This document shows, piece by piece, positions 1 to 8,940 of a stretch of 41,577 nucleotides of DNA; position 1 is the stretch's first letter; the number at the start of each line of letters is the position of its first letter. Where the stretch lies: contig JAOUEU010000003.1 in the NCBI GenBank assembly GCA_029858555.1, forward strand, positions 1-41,577, read 5' to 3'. A program made the position numbers and the translations under genes. Under the pieces are notes generated by a model. That model ran no database searches, was not told the DNA's origin, and worked only from the letters and a program-made list of their open reading frames with translations. Origin of the DNA: Candidatus Zixiibacteriota bacterium (lineage in GTDB: Bacteria; Zixibacteria; MSB-5A5; GN15; FEB-12).

Positions 1-279
1 GCGCGAAGACAGATTCATGGCGAAAAAACCCGATTCCAATCGGATGTTTTCCCAGTAAGACGTGTGGCCGAAGGTTGCCGTAAACCGGCTGATGTCGACT
101 GCCCCGGCGGGATTATACATCGATGATGCGACATCGGCCGGCACGCCCACAAAAGCTCCGCCCATTGCCGCCGGTCGCGCGCCCTGCTCGATCTTCATCA
201 AAGCCAGACCGTCGTCCGCGGCCACGGAGTAGCCCAATAAAGAGGCAAATACCGTCAGAACAAGAGGCCGCCATTTCAT
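1..279 (-). CDS. PorV/PorQ (FadL-like beta-barrel) family outer-membrane protein, N-terminal part; runs off the window edge
   Basis: Not in the ORF track. Read by hand: ATG at 279, RBS-like GAGGGTG upstream, open to base 1: MKWRPLVLTVFASLLGYSVAADDGLALMKIEQGARPAAMGGAFVGVPADVASSMYNPAG... Signal peptide plus the GARxxAMG...YNPAG family motif. Confidence 0.85.
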   Translation of the reverse strand, partial: MKWRPLVLTVFASLLGYSVAADDGLALMKIEQGARPAAMGGAFVGVPADVASSMYNPAGAVDISRFTATFGHTSYWENIRLESGFFAMNLSSR

Positions 280-292
280 GAATCAATCACCC

Positions 293-1276
293 TCAATAAA
301 GCAGGTCAAAGGAGAATATATGCTCCGAGCCTTCGTCGGCCTTGTCAGTCGAAAAAGCGTAATCAATCGTAATCGTCTTTCCGGCAAGGCGGAATAGATA
401 ACCGGTCCCGGCCGTCAGCCGGCCGTCCGAGTAGCCGCCTCTTACCGCAAACTCGGGATACAGCCTGTACTCGGCGCCGGCATGCAAAAAAGGCGACTGC
501 TTGATATTCTTGAGAATATCGGCCGCCACCAGAAGCTTTCTGTCAAAAAAGAGCGCGGCTCCTCCCAACCCGATCTCCCATGGAATTGTATCATCCTGCT
601 CCGAACTCAGCGCCGAAGTGGTATACTTGGCAAGATAATCTTCGTTGGTCCAGCGGTACTTGGCGCCTATGCGCCGGACGGTCAGGCCCACCTGAATATC
701 CTGTATCGGCACGAGATCCCGCTTCTCGCGGTCGACCAGTTCACTCAAGTAGAGCATGGCACCAAAATCGAAACTCACCGTAAACGCCGACATCTCCGCA
801 AAGGTCGCGTGCAAGTAGTTCGCTTTGATGCCGACGGCGAACAATTTCTCAAACCGTTTGGCGAAGAAGACCGAAAAATCGTGGTCGTTCTTGTTGATTT
901 CCCAGCCCAGCTCACGGCCGTTCGTATCCCGCGCCTTCAGTCCTTTGTCCCCGGCGTACAGATAGTGCACACCCAGCGCCGAATTCCCCCTCGTGGGTAC
1001 GACAAACGTGGCGTAGCCCAACTGACGGTCCAGCTTCATCAGGCGATAAGCCGTCGCGAAACGTATATTGGTGATGTTGGCCAGCCCGGCCGGATTGTAA
1101 AGCGGCCCGGCGCCGTCATCAGATACCGCCAGGTACGCTCCACCCATAGCCGCCGGACGAGCTCCGATAGGTACGTAGTAAAATGCTCCGGCCCAACCGC
1201 CGTCACCGTCCTCAGCCATCGTCGGCACGGCCCCTAGGATTATCAGCAGCACTGTCAACCAGACAAGGTATCTCAT
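293..1276 (-). CDS. PorV/PorQ family outer-membrane beta-barrel protein
   Basis: Signal peptide; IGARPAAMGGAY...LYNPAGLA; GAEY...VRGGY; IDYAF; amphipathic C-terminal strand ending in an aromatic residue; RBS GGAG. Confidence 0.85.
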   Translation of the reverse strand: MRYLVWLTVLLIILGAVPTMAEDGDGGWAGAFYYVPIGARPAAMGGAYLAVSDDGAGPLYNPAGLANITNIRFATAYRLMKLDRQLGYATFVVPTRGNSALGVHYLYAGDKGLKARDTNGRELGWEINKNDHDFSVFFAKRFEKLFAVGIKANYLHATFAEMSAFTVSFDFGAMLYLSELVDREKRDLVPIQDIQVGLTVRRIGAKYRWTNEDYLAKYTTSALSSEQDDTIPWEIGLGGAALFFDRKLLVAADILKNIKQSPFLHAGAEYRLYPEFAVRGGYSDGRLTAGTGYLFRLAGKTITIDYAFSTDKADEGSEHIFSFDLLY

Positions 1277-1286
1277 CAGTAACTCC

Positions 1287-3935
1287 TTACGGTATCACCG
1301 CCAGCTTGCCCCAGCGGACCTCGCCCGTGGAATATTCTACTTTAAAATGATACATGCCCACCGCCACTTTTTCCGCCTGGCCGTTGTAGCCGTCCCAGGT
1401 GGGCCGGAACGAACCGACGGTGGGGTAAATCCCCTTCGGATACAACCTATTGTCTACGATGCGCCTGACCAGGTTCATGGCAAAGTCGTATATCTCGATA
1501 GTGATATTTGCGTCCTGCTCGACCGTGAAGTGGAAATCGATGCCGGCGTGCCGGGAAAAACTGAAGGGCGCCGGAAACGCATAAACAACATCCGCCGCGC
1601 TGGCCGAATCGATAAAATAAAACGTCTCGGCGTCCCCAAGACCGACAACGTTCATGCGGACAGTGCGGTCGCCGGTGCCGATCCAAAGATGATTGCCTAT
1701 GACCTCGGCCGCATACACCGGCGTCCCCGGCTCCACCAGCGTGATACCGTCGTTGTTGACCAGGGAGACGGTGTCCCACTCCGAACCGAGCTGTGCATGG
1801 TTTATCAAAAGCCCGGCATCGGTCGCGGCAAAAATCGTATCACCGTTAAAGGCGAAGTTCCAGGCAAAACCGCCGTGGTAGGCGGTCGCCCAACTGCGAA
1901 CATAGCCGACCGTGTCAGAGGTCTCCGTGTCAACCAGCGGCACCACCACTCCGACCGAGATACCCGGCGCGCCATACGTTAAGTCGTTGGGATTATTTGA
2001 ACTCCAGATGCGGGCATAGTCACCGTCAATATACTGTACTCCCAGCGCCGGAATGAAATCACCCGTAATGGCACTGCCGGTATTCGTCTTGGTATAACTT
2101 ATCACGGCGTCGGCGCCAAGTGTATCCCGGTTGATCCGGTTAATGTCGTAGCTCACACCCCGGTCCGTGGAAACGGCAAAACCCTTGGTGGAACCGACCA
2201 CGACAGTGTCACCGAGCACTTCAAATACGGTTATGGTATCGTTGGTCATGGCAGTCGCCGATGTTCCGCCCGGGTCCTTTATTTCGTGAATGAAGGTCTG
2301 GTTGCGGATTCCGTTTTCACCGTCGCGGCTGAATCTCACTCCAGCCGACGTCGCTACAAACACGGAATCGCTGAAGAAGTTGATGTCGTAGGATACCACC
2401 CCTATCTGCGATCTGTTATCGGAAAACTGCCGGTCGTCGTCGCCAATCGAGCGCATCACGCAGTACTCTCCCTGATCCGTCAGCGGCCAGTTGATGGTCC
2501 ATACGCACAGCGAGTCGAACGTGGTGTCGGCCGAGTTCAAAAACTCCTCCACTTTTACGCGCATCACCTTCGTGGAACTGGAGTCATCCTCGGGGAATAC
2601 GTAATTCCAGGACGAATCAATGGCGCCGGCCGGGTCCAGATAGAGCGTCACCAGGCCCGAATCGGTACCCAGGCGAAGGGTATCAGCCCGGGTATGTACG
2701 GCGTGGACGACATTGCGGCGATTGGCCGCGGTCGTGTCTGCATCGAATAACAGCCGGCCCCACGTCTGACCGGTGTCCGCCGACACCCATAACCCGGCCT
2801 CCTCGGCGGCCATATAGAGCCGCTCCCCGATGCTCGCAAAATCCGATATCGTGCGATCGGGGCCAATAACCTCCGTAAATAGGTCCTGAGCCTGGTAGCT
2901 CTCTCCCAGGTCGGTCGAGACGGCCAGACCTGCCGAGACTCCGCGGCTCTGATTCGCCCCGGCAAAAGCAACGCCCCTGAACACATGCACCGCCGATATA
3001 AACGGACCCGGCAGACCGTCGTTGGGACCGTTGGGATCGCCGTCTGCGAAACGCGACATGTACGGCCCACCTGTCTTAAAACCCCGCGTCACGCCCAGAT
3101 CACCAGCATAGAAGACGTAGTTATCCTCGTCGCCGGTCACATCATCGTTGAACGCCACCCGGCTGACATACTGATTGGCGTAGGCTTTTTGACGGGGAAT
3201 GGCATACACGTACTGAAAAACCCCCGCCGCTGTGCCCACCCAGACGTACAGCGAGTCCCCATGGGACGTATCCGCAGCGCACGAGAAGTACCGGTTGCTG
3301 TAAGCCGGATAAGACGGGTTGGCATAGAAATCATTCTCCAGACTCTTGCTGGCAAAAATCCGGCGCCAGTTCTGTCCCCCGTCACGCGATGCCATAAACC
3401 CGGATGCAAAGGCACTGAAGAAAAGCCAGTCGTCGTGGGCGTATACATCATCGGGGTCATAGTACCCCGCGATATCATATACCGTCCGATTAACTCCCCA
3501 CAACCCGACGCTGTCGGGATCGGTGAACCCCAGACTGGGAAAATCGACCTGCGTCCAGGTCTGGCCGTTATCGTCGGAGAGGGATACGCCGTCGGACCAG
3601 GTCTGCAAATCCCCTCCGATCGACACGTCGTGATTGGTTCCCGTCCAGATACGTCCCTTGATCGAAAATAGAGCCGAGATGTTCTCACTGACCAGGCCAT
3701 TCGACGAATTGTACAAAAGCCACGTCCGCCCGGAATCGTAGCTGAAATTCAGCCCTTCTCCCGTCGCGCACCACACCGCACCGTTATGCTCGATGATATC
3801 CACCACCGTGTTACTGGCAAAGGCCGAATCAGGGGCATCGTAGGACGAGGCCAGTTCCCCCCGCGACGGCGATGTCAGGGCCGCAAGCAATCCGGGTAAT
3901 AGCACTGCAAATTTGAACAAAGTTCTGTATGTCAC
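1287..3935 (-). CDS. Secreted beta-propeller protein with Asp-box repeats and a C-terminal T9SS-like/FlgD-Ig sorting domain (PorZ-like architecture)
   Basis: GTG start with GGAG RBS; signal peptide; Asp-boxes SYDSGRTW, SDDNGQTW, SRDGGQNW, STDLGESY, SADTGQTW, STDRGVSY; CTD VYAFPAPF...IEIYD...WDG...VAVGMYHF...KLAVIP. Confidence 0.75.
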   Translation of the reverse strand: MTYRTLFKFAVLLPGLLAALTSPSRGELASSYDAPDSAFASNTVVDIIEHNGAVWCATGEGLNFSYDSGRTWLLYNSSNGLVSENISALFSIKGRIWTGTNHDVSIGGDLQTWSDGVSLSDDNGQTWTQVDFPSLGFTDPDSVGLWGVNRTVYDIAGYYDPDDVYAHDDWLFFSAFASGFMASRDGGQNWRRIFASKSLENDFYANPSYPAYSNRYFSCAADTSHGDSLYVWVGTAAGVFQYVYAIPRQKAYANQYVSRVAFNDDVTGDEDNYVFYAGDLGVTRGFKTGGPYMSRFADGDPNGPNDGLPGPFISAVHVFRGVAFAGANQSRGVSAGLAVSTDLGESYQAQDLFTEVIGPDRTISDFASIGERLYMAAEEAGLWVSADTGQTWGRLLFDADTTAANRRNVVHAVHTRADTLRLGTDSGLVTLYLDPAGAIDSSWNYVFPEDDSSSTKVMRVKVEEFLNSADTTFDSLCVWTINWPLTDQGEYCVMRSIGDDDRQFSDNRSQIGVVSYDINFFSDSVFVATSAGVRFSRDGENGIRNQTFIHEIKDPGGTSATAMTNDTITVFEVLGDTVVVGSTKGFAVSTDRGVSYDINRINRDTLGADAVISYTKTNTGSAITGDFIPALGVQYIDGDYARIWSSNNPNDLTYGAPGISVGVVVPLVDTETSDTVGYVRSWATAYHGGFAWNFAFNGDTIFAATDAGLLINHAQLGSEWDTVSLVNNDGITLVEPGTPVYAAEVIGNHLWIGTGDRTVRMNVVGLGDAETFYFIDSASAADVVYAFPAPFSFSRHAGIDFHFTVEQDANITIEIYDFAMNLVRRIVDNRLYPKGIYPTVGSFRPTWDGYNGQAEKVAVGMYHFKVEYSTGEVRWGKLAVIP

Positions 3936-3951
3936 ACTCTACTCCAGACAC

Positions 3952-3993
3952 AAAAATAACCGTACCAAGGCAGCTTACCTTAAACTGTACGGT
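3952..3993 (-). terminator. Terminator-like hairpin with U-tract in the 5' leader of the propeller gene
   Basis: Minus strand ACCGTAC-agttt-AAGGTA-agc-TGCCTT-g-GTACGGT followed by TATTTTT, just upstream of the RBS. Confidence 0.45.
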
Positions 3994-4076
3994 CATCTAT
4001 AAACTAACGTATATCCCTCAGCAATATTCAAATCAATTAGCTGTTTTTCTACCGTACCTCCAGAGTTCAGGGTCAA

Positions 4077-4105
4077 AACATAGCCAAAACCTTATCTCAA
4101 GGCAA
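4077..4105 (-). promoter_or_regulatory. sigma70-type promoter for the propeller/PorV operon
   Basis: TTGCCT-N17-TATGTT on the minus strand. Confidence 0.55.
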
Positions 4106-4173
4106 GTTAATTCGCGGTCTCGCCAGGCGTGTTTTAGTCTTATAACCTGTTAGGAAAGATATGGTTCCAGATT

Positions 4174-5685
4174 TCAAGCAAGTACGTTCTTCTCGAAAGT
4201 AATGTTTCCCAGCACCGAATCCACAAAGAAGTAGCTCTCGGGGTGGAACGGTGCGTAGAAGAGATCCGCCTGCACCGGGATAACGCTCTCTCGTGCCGGC
4301 ATTCCTGAAATGCCCTCGGCCACCATGGCCACCTGCCTGCGATAGATCACAATCTCGGCCAGCGCAAAGGCTTCGCTCATACTCACGCTCACCGGCGTGA
4401 AATTGCGATCGAAGGCTTCCACCGGCGTCAATTCGAGTTGGGGATAGGCTGCCGAAATTCGCCGGGCCAACCGGTACAGGGCTTCGAAATTCCGGGTCCG
4501 AAAGGCCGGAACAACTATCCGCTCCGAGCGGTGTATCCCGCCCAACATCCGCTGCAGCTTGGCTGCAACCGGGTTGGGCATTTTCAAGGCCCAGAAAGGA
4601 AACATGCTGTCCGGGTTCTTCCCCCGGGCCGCTATCCTGTAAATTTGGTTCACGGGCAGGGGTGTCCGCTCTACGGTCTTTATCTCCTGGCAGTTTTTGC
4701 ATACGTACAGGTACGACTTCTCGTCCGGCAGATCGACGCCGCAGGTGGTGCAGCGATGAAACTCGATATCAAGCCTGCCAAACTCCACGCGGGGGCCGCC
4801 GGCCTCCTCCTCCGGCTCTTCGGTCATCTCGACCGACATGACGCTGGCTGCATTCTCGAACACCATCGACGGTGTCAGAAGCTCATCGGCGCTATCAACG
4901 TGATCGCCGTCGGAACCCGCCACGCTGCCTTCGGCGGCCTGCAACTGAAGGATCCGCGCGGAAGCGCCGTCGACCACAAAACGCCGGTAACCCTCACGAT
5001 ATGACTCCACTATGTAAAATGGAAAGAAGACCAGCGAAAAAACCGGATTGAACATCTCAGTGAGGTTGTCTCCGAACGCGGCCTGCTCTATTTCGTCTAC
5101 TGTCGCCAGGGATCGGCCGAGGTTGCTCCTGACTTTGTCCCAGGACCTGACCACGGGGAGCGAGTCAAAACCGGAGGCAACGTGTTCTTCCGAAAACGGC
5201 ACCAGCTTGACTACATCCCCGCGCACGCCCAGGGAATCGGGCACACCGTCCAGGGCCGGTCCGGCCCGTAGAGTCAGCGAATACGGAACGACGGCTATAT
5301 CGGTTTTCTCCGTCTCGGTGGTGACTTCCGACTGATATTCGGTCTCGGCCAGGATAACCCGTCGGTGGACACGATTACGCACCTTCAGCAAGAGTGAATC
5401 AATTTTCCAGAATGGGTAGTAGACTGCCTTGATCTGAAGGTCGGCATCCGTCAGCGGCAGGGATCGTTTTTTCAGATACCGGTCCAGATTGAAACGGATT
5501 TCGCGCTTGGCCAGCGTCTTGGGGGCGAGATACGCAGTCGGGCAGTCGGGCATGACCAGGCGCAGAACCGAACCGCAGTGCGAACAGGTCGTTACGAAGA
5601 AGTTCTCCTCGACTTCCAGTTCTCCACCGCAGCCGGGACAGCCTACCTCGATGTAAAAGCCGGGTTTCCTTTTCTTACTGTGCAT
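4174..5685 (-). CDS. Zinc-ribbon protein, YdjG-like partner of the SPFH protein, apparently internally duplicated
   Basis: CPGC..CSHC ribbon plus YYPFW; second CTTC..CKNC ribbon plus MFPFW; start overlaps the 3' end of the SPFH gene. Confidence 0.65.
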   Translation of the reverse strand: MHSKKRKPGFYIEVGCPGCGGELEVEENFFVTTCSHCGSVLRLVMPDCPTAYLAPKTLAKREIRFNLDRYLKKRSLPLTDADLQIKAVYYPFWKIDSLLLKVRNRVHRRVILAETEYQSEVTTETEKTDIAVVPYSLTLRAGPALDGVPDSLGVRGDVVKLVPFSEEHVASGFDSLPVVRSWDKVRSNLGRSLATVDEIEQAAFGDNLTEMFNPVFSLVFFPFYIVESYREGYRRFVVDGASARILQLQAAEGSVAGSDGDHVDSADELLTPSMVFENAASVMSVEMTEEPEEEAGGPRVEFGRLDIEFHRCTTCGVDLPDEKSYLYVCKNCQEIKTVERTPLPVNQIYRIAARGKNPDSMFPFWALKMPNPVAAKLQRMLGGIHRSERIVVPAFRTRNFEALYRLARRISAAYPQLELTPVEAFDRNFTPVSVSMSEAFALAEIVIYRRQVAMVAEGISGMPARESVIPVQADLFYAPFHPESYFFVDSVLGNITFEKNVLA

Positions 5686-6799
5686 CTCCCTCTATTCTCT
5701 TGCCGCAGGATCCGCAGAATTTGGAGCCTGGAATAATCTCTTCCGAACAGTGCGGGCAAACCGGTTTTGCATCGAGCTTGTACCCGCAGTGCAGGCAGAA
5801 GGCGGCCTCGGTGGGCAGTTCCTTGTGGCACGACGGGCAGGTGTTCTGAGTTACCATCTGGTGGCCGCATCGGTAACAAAACCGCGACTGTTCGGGAGTA
5901 TCGGTATGACATTTCGGACAGGTGACGGTGCTGACCGATTCACGCTTCAATTCCGTCTGCTCAGGCGAGAAAACGCGAGAAAGCATCCCCGGGGCCAGAA
6001 GACCGACACCGGCGGCAACGCCGGCGCCGGAAGTAGCCGCGGTACCGGCGCTGGTCGACCCCATGCCCTGGGCCATCTCAAACTTCAAAAACTTGTCCAG
6101 GTCGCCCACGGCCTCCATACCGGAGCGCTTGTCGATGAGTCTGGCGACATCCTCGGGAGGCGTGACCGAAGAAATATAAAAATCCACCAGTTCGAGTCCG
6201 TACTTGTCGAACTCCACCTTGACGGTCTGCTTGAACTCCTCAGCCAACTCCGTGTAGATGGCCGGCAACTCCAGAATTGTATCGAGCTTTTCACCCAGCA
6301 TGTCGTTCATACGGGCCACAATGACATCGCGCAGATAGTCCTGAATATCCTGCGTGGTGTAACGCGCCTGGCGGCCGACAATCGAGTTGAGAAACAGCGC
6401 CGGGTTTGCGATGCGCATCGTGAAAGCACCGTGCCCTCGAAGCCGAATCAGCCCCAGCCTGCTGTCCTGGAACGTGACGGGGTATTTGGTCCCCCACTTG
6501 AGATCCGTGAAGACCTTGAGGTTGACAAAGTAGACTTCGGCCCGGAAAGGTGATTTGAACCCATAAGGGAAGGCCAGAAGTCTGGTCAGGATAGGTATGT
6601 TCAAAGTCGAAATGGTGTGGCGCCCGGTCGTAAAAGAGTCACAGGCATGACCGTCCTTGAAGAACATGGCCGTCTGGCTGTCCCGGACGATGAGTTGAGC
6701 ACCCCACTTGAAATCGGCCGATCCCTCCTGCGGGATCCGATGAATCATCTCTTCCCCGGCGGGGTCGAGCCACTCGATTACCTCAATTAATAGTGACAT
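5675..6799 (-). CDS. SPFH/Band-7 domain protein (YdjI/'virion core protein'-like) with three C-terminal zinc-ribbon units
   Basis: [39 protein letters not shown] motifs; CPKC..FCYRC, CPSC..FCLHC, CPHC..FCGSC. Confidence 0.9.
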   Translation of the reverse strand: MSLLIEVIEWLDPAGEEMIHRIPQEGSADFKWGAQLIVRDSQTAMFFKDGHACDSFTTGRHTISTLNIPILTRLLAFPYGFKSPFRAEVYFVNLKVFTDLKWGTKYPVTFQDSRLGLIRLRGHGAFTMRIANPALFLNSIVGRQARYTTQDIQDYLRDVIVARMNDMLGEKLDTILELPAIYTELAEEFKQTVKVEFDKYGLELVDFYISSVTPPEDVARLIDKRSGMEAVGDLDKFLKFEMAQGMGSTSAGTAATSGAGVAAGVGLLAPGMLSRVFSPEQTELKRESVSTVTCPKCHTDTPEQSRFCYRCGHQMVTQNTCPSCHKELPTEAAFCLHCGYKLDAKPVCPHCSEEIIPGSKFCGSCGKRIEGDAQ

Positions 6800-6954
6800 G
6801 ATTGCTCCGTGATTTTTGAAAAAAGGCTTTTAACTTGGTTTTCGTCATTACCGTCCCAGACTTAACTGCCCGCCGCCGGCCTCTTGTGCACCGGCCCGGC
6901 CGGTCGCAAAAAGAACAGCCGATTTGGGCGTATAAGGCGCTGCCAAATAAACGA

Positions 6955-6983
6955 TTGACGTTTCCCGCGGGCGGTGATATACT
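6955..6983 (+). promoter_or_regulatory. Near-consensus sigma70 promoter for the cytochrome gene
   Basis: TTGACG-N17-TATACT with extended -10 TG. Confidence 0.75.
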
Positions 6984-7017
6984 AAATCCGAACCCTAAAG
7001 AGATGGGATAACACCGG

Positions 7018-8862
7018 ATGATATACCGTAAAGCCGTTCCACTTTTCTTTGTCGGCATGCTGGCGCTTCTGCTGACTTTTCCCGGCTGTGATGACCTTAT
7101 CACAGAAACCAATAATATCACGGTTTACGATACTACTTTGGGTCTGGCCTGTTTCGACTGCCATAGTGATGAAGATAACCGGCTGATACGGCCGAAAGCC
7201 CAGTGGGCGAATTCCGCCCATGCCTCCGATTCGCTTCTCGACATCCTTCACGACCTGAACGGCAGCAATTATACCGTCAACGACTGCGGCCCGGAGTGTC
7301 ACAGCCATGAAGGGTTTATCCGCGAGTTTGACAGTCTGCCTCTGGGGGCGATCCAGCATTACAATGTCATCGGCTGCTTCACTTGCCATATGCCGCATAC
7401 CGGCAATTATGGTACCTGGAGTGACTCCACTCTGCGTGCTCTCGGCGAGTTTGTCTATCTGGCGAACGACTCCACCTTCGTCATGGGCAAATCGAACATG
7501 TGCGTTCACTGCCATCAGGCTGTAAACCCGGCGCCGGCCGCCGGTATTACCAGTGATGTCCTTCTAACAGCTACTTTCGGCCCTCATTATAGCGGCCAGG
7601 CGGACGTGCTGTCCGGCAAGGGCGGCTTTCGCTTCGCCGACAGCGTCGTGGCGTCCTCGCACCGGTCGGTGGCGGATTTGAACGGTTGCTTGCGCTGTCA
7701 CTATCTCAATGGACAGGGTTACTCCTTCGGCGAGCATACTTTCCGACTGGAGCACATTGACGGTGTCGACACTACGCAATATCTGGCTGCCTGCCTCGGC
7801 TCGGGCTGTCATGCATTGCTGGAAAACTTCCATGACGTGATCGGATCCGGATTGGGCTATTATCGTCTCGACTCGATAGTCTCCCTGGCCGACAGTCTGG
7901 AAACACTGCTGAAGGACCGGGCCTTCCTCGACCCCGCGGACCCTGCCGGAATGCGCCTTATGGCCGATTCGGTCATCCCGGCGGATGCGGCTCGTATTCT
8001 GTACAACTACCTGCTATACAAGGGCGACGGCTCCCGTGGGATTCACAATCCCAGATTCGTCCAAGCCCTTCTTACCGAGTCGGTAGTCCGGTTTGATTCC
8101 CTGCCGCCGGCCGCCGCCTTCAGCGCGTCCGTGACCTCCGGTTGCGCGCCCCTGACGGTCGATTTCACGGACGAATCGAAGGGTAATGTCGCCACCTGGA
8201 ACTGGACCTTCGGCGACCTGACCGGCACCTCGGATCAACCTAACCCCACTTACACATATGACACGGGCGGTATCTATACTTGCAGCCTCATCGTAGCCGG
8301 CCCGTCCGGGGCCGCTGATTCGCTGGTCAGGGCAAGTTACATCCAGGTCTACTCAACAATAGCGCTTTTCACCGCCAGCCCGCTTTCCGGCTGCTCCACC
8401 CTGGTGGTGGACTTCCAGGATCTCTCGCCCAGTGACAGTATACTGACCTGGGAGTGGGATTTCGGTGACGGCGTCACGTCGATGGAACAGAGCCCGCAGC
8501 ACAACTACGACAGCACCGGCATTTTTGATGTCCGGCTTATCGTTTCGGACTCCTGCGGCTGGGACACCCTGACCTATCCGGGCTACATCACCATCGCTGA
8601 TGCCGTCCCCGTGGCCGGGTTCTTCGCTTCCGATACCCTCGGCGCACCCGGCCTGACGGTTTTCTTTACCGATACCTCGAGCGGCCTGATCACATCATGG
8701 CAGTGGGATTTTGGTGACCCCAATTCGGACGACAACAGCTCCACCGAACAGAATCCCCAGCATACTTACGACGAGGTGGGCACCTATACCGTGGTGTTGA
8801 CTGTCAAAAACGAATGCGGCCAGGGCGTGAGGTTCGAGACGGATCTCATCAAAATTGAATGA
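7018..8862 (+). CDS. Multiheme c-type cytochrome lipoprotein (4 CxxCH + CX3CH + CX4CH) with three C-terminal PKD domains
   Basis: Lipobox-like FPG-C24; CFDCH, CGPECH, CFTCH, CVHCH, CLRCH, CLGSGCH; DGSRGIHNP; PKD motifs WNWTFGD, WEWDFGDG, WQWDFGD. Confidence 0.9.
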   Translation: MIYRKAVPLFFVGMLALLLTFPGCDDLITETNNITVYDTTLGLACFDCHSDEDNRLIRPKAQWANSAHASDSLLDILHDLNGSNYTVNDCGPECHSHEGFIREFDSLPLGAIQHYNVIGCFTCHMPHTGNYGTWSDSTLRALGEFVYLANDSTFVMGKSNMCVHCHQAVNPAPAAGITSDVLLTATFGPHYSGQADVLSGKGGFRFADSVVASSHRSVADLNGCLRCHYLNGQGYSFGEHTFRLEHIDGVDTTQYLAACLGSGCHALLENFHDVIGSGLGYYRLDSIVSLADSLETLLKDRAFLDPADPAGMRLMADSVIPADAARILYNYLLYKGDGSRGIHNPRFVQALLTESVVRFDSLPPAAAFSASVTSGCAPLTVDFTDESKGNVATWNWTFGDLTGTSDQPNPTYTYDTGGIYTCSLIVAGPSGAADSLVRASYIQVYSTIALFTASPLSGCSTLVVDFQDLSPSDSILTWEWDFGDGVTSMEQSPQHNYDSTGIFDVRLIVSDSCGWDTLTYPGYITIADAVPVAGFFASDTLGAPGLTVFFTDTSSGLITSWQWDFGDPNSDDNSSTEQNPQHTYDEVGTYTVVLTVKNECGQGVRFETDLIKIE

Positions 8863-8886
8863 CGAAAAATCACGCTGCAAATAAGA

Positions 8887-8917
8887 AAAACCGCCGACCC
8901 TGACAGTCGGCGGTTTT
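8887..8917. terminator. Bidirectional intrinsic terminator between the convergent cytochrome and etfA genes
   Basis: AAAACCGCCGAC-cctgaca-GTCGGCGGTTTT perfect inverted repeat with T-tracts on both strands. Confidence 0.85.
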
Positions 8918-8940
8918 GTGTTTTCAGAATAGCCCTCACC

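Noticed and set aside
1287-3935. Calling the propeller a sialidase or xyloglucanase because of its Asp-boxes
   Set aside because: Asp-boxes are structural; I could not identify catalytic signatures such as the sialidase RIP motif.
6929-6947. TTTGGCAGCGCCTTATAC upstream of the SPFH gene as a sigma54 promoter
   Set aside because: The -12 GC dinucleotide is missing.
7018-8100. Calling the cytochrome NrfA/ammonia-forming nitrite reductase
   Set aside because: No CxxCK active-site motif, and the heme spacing and PKD fusion differ; only the C-terminal G.HNP-like segment is reminiscent.
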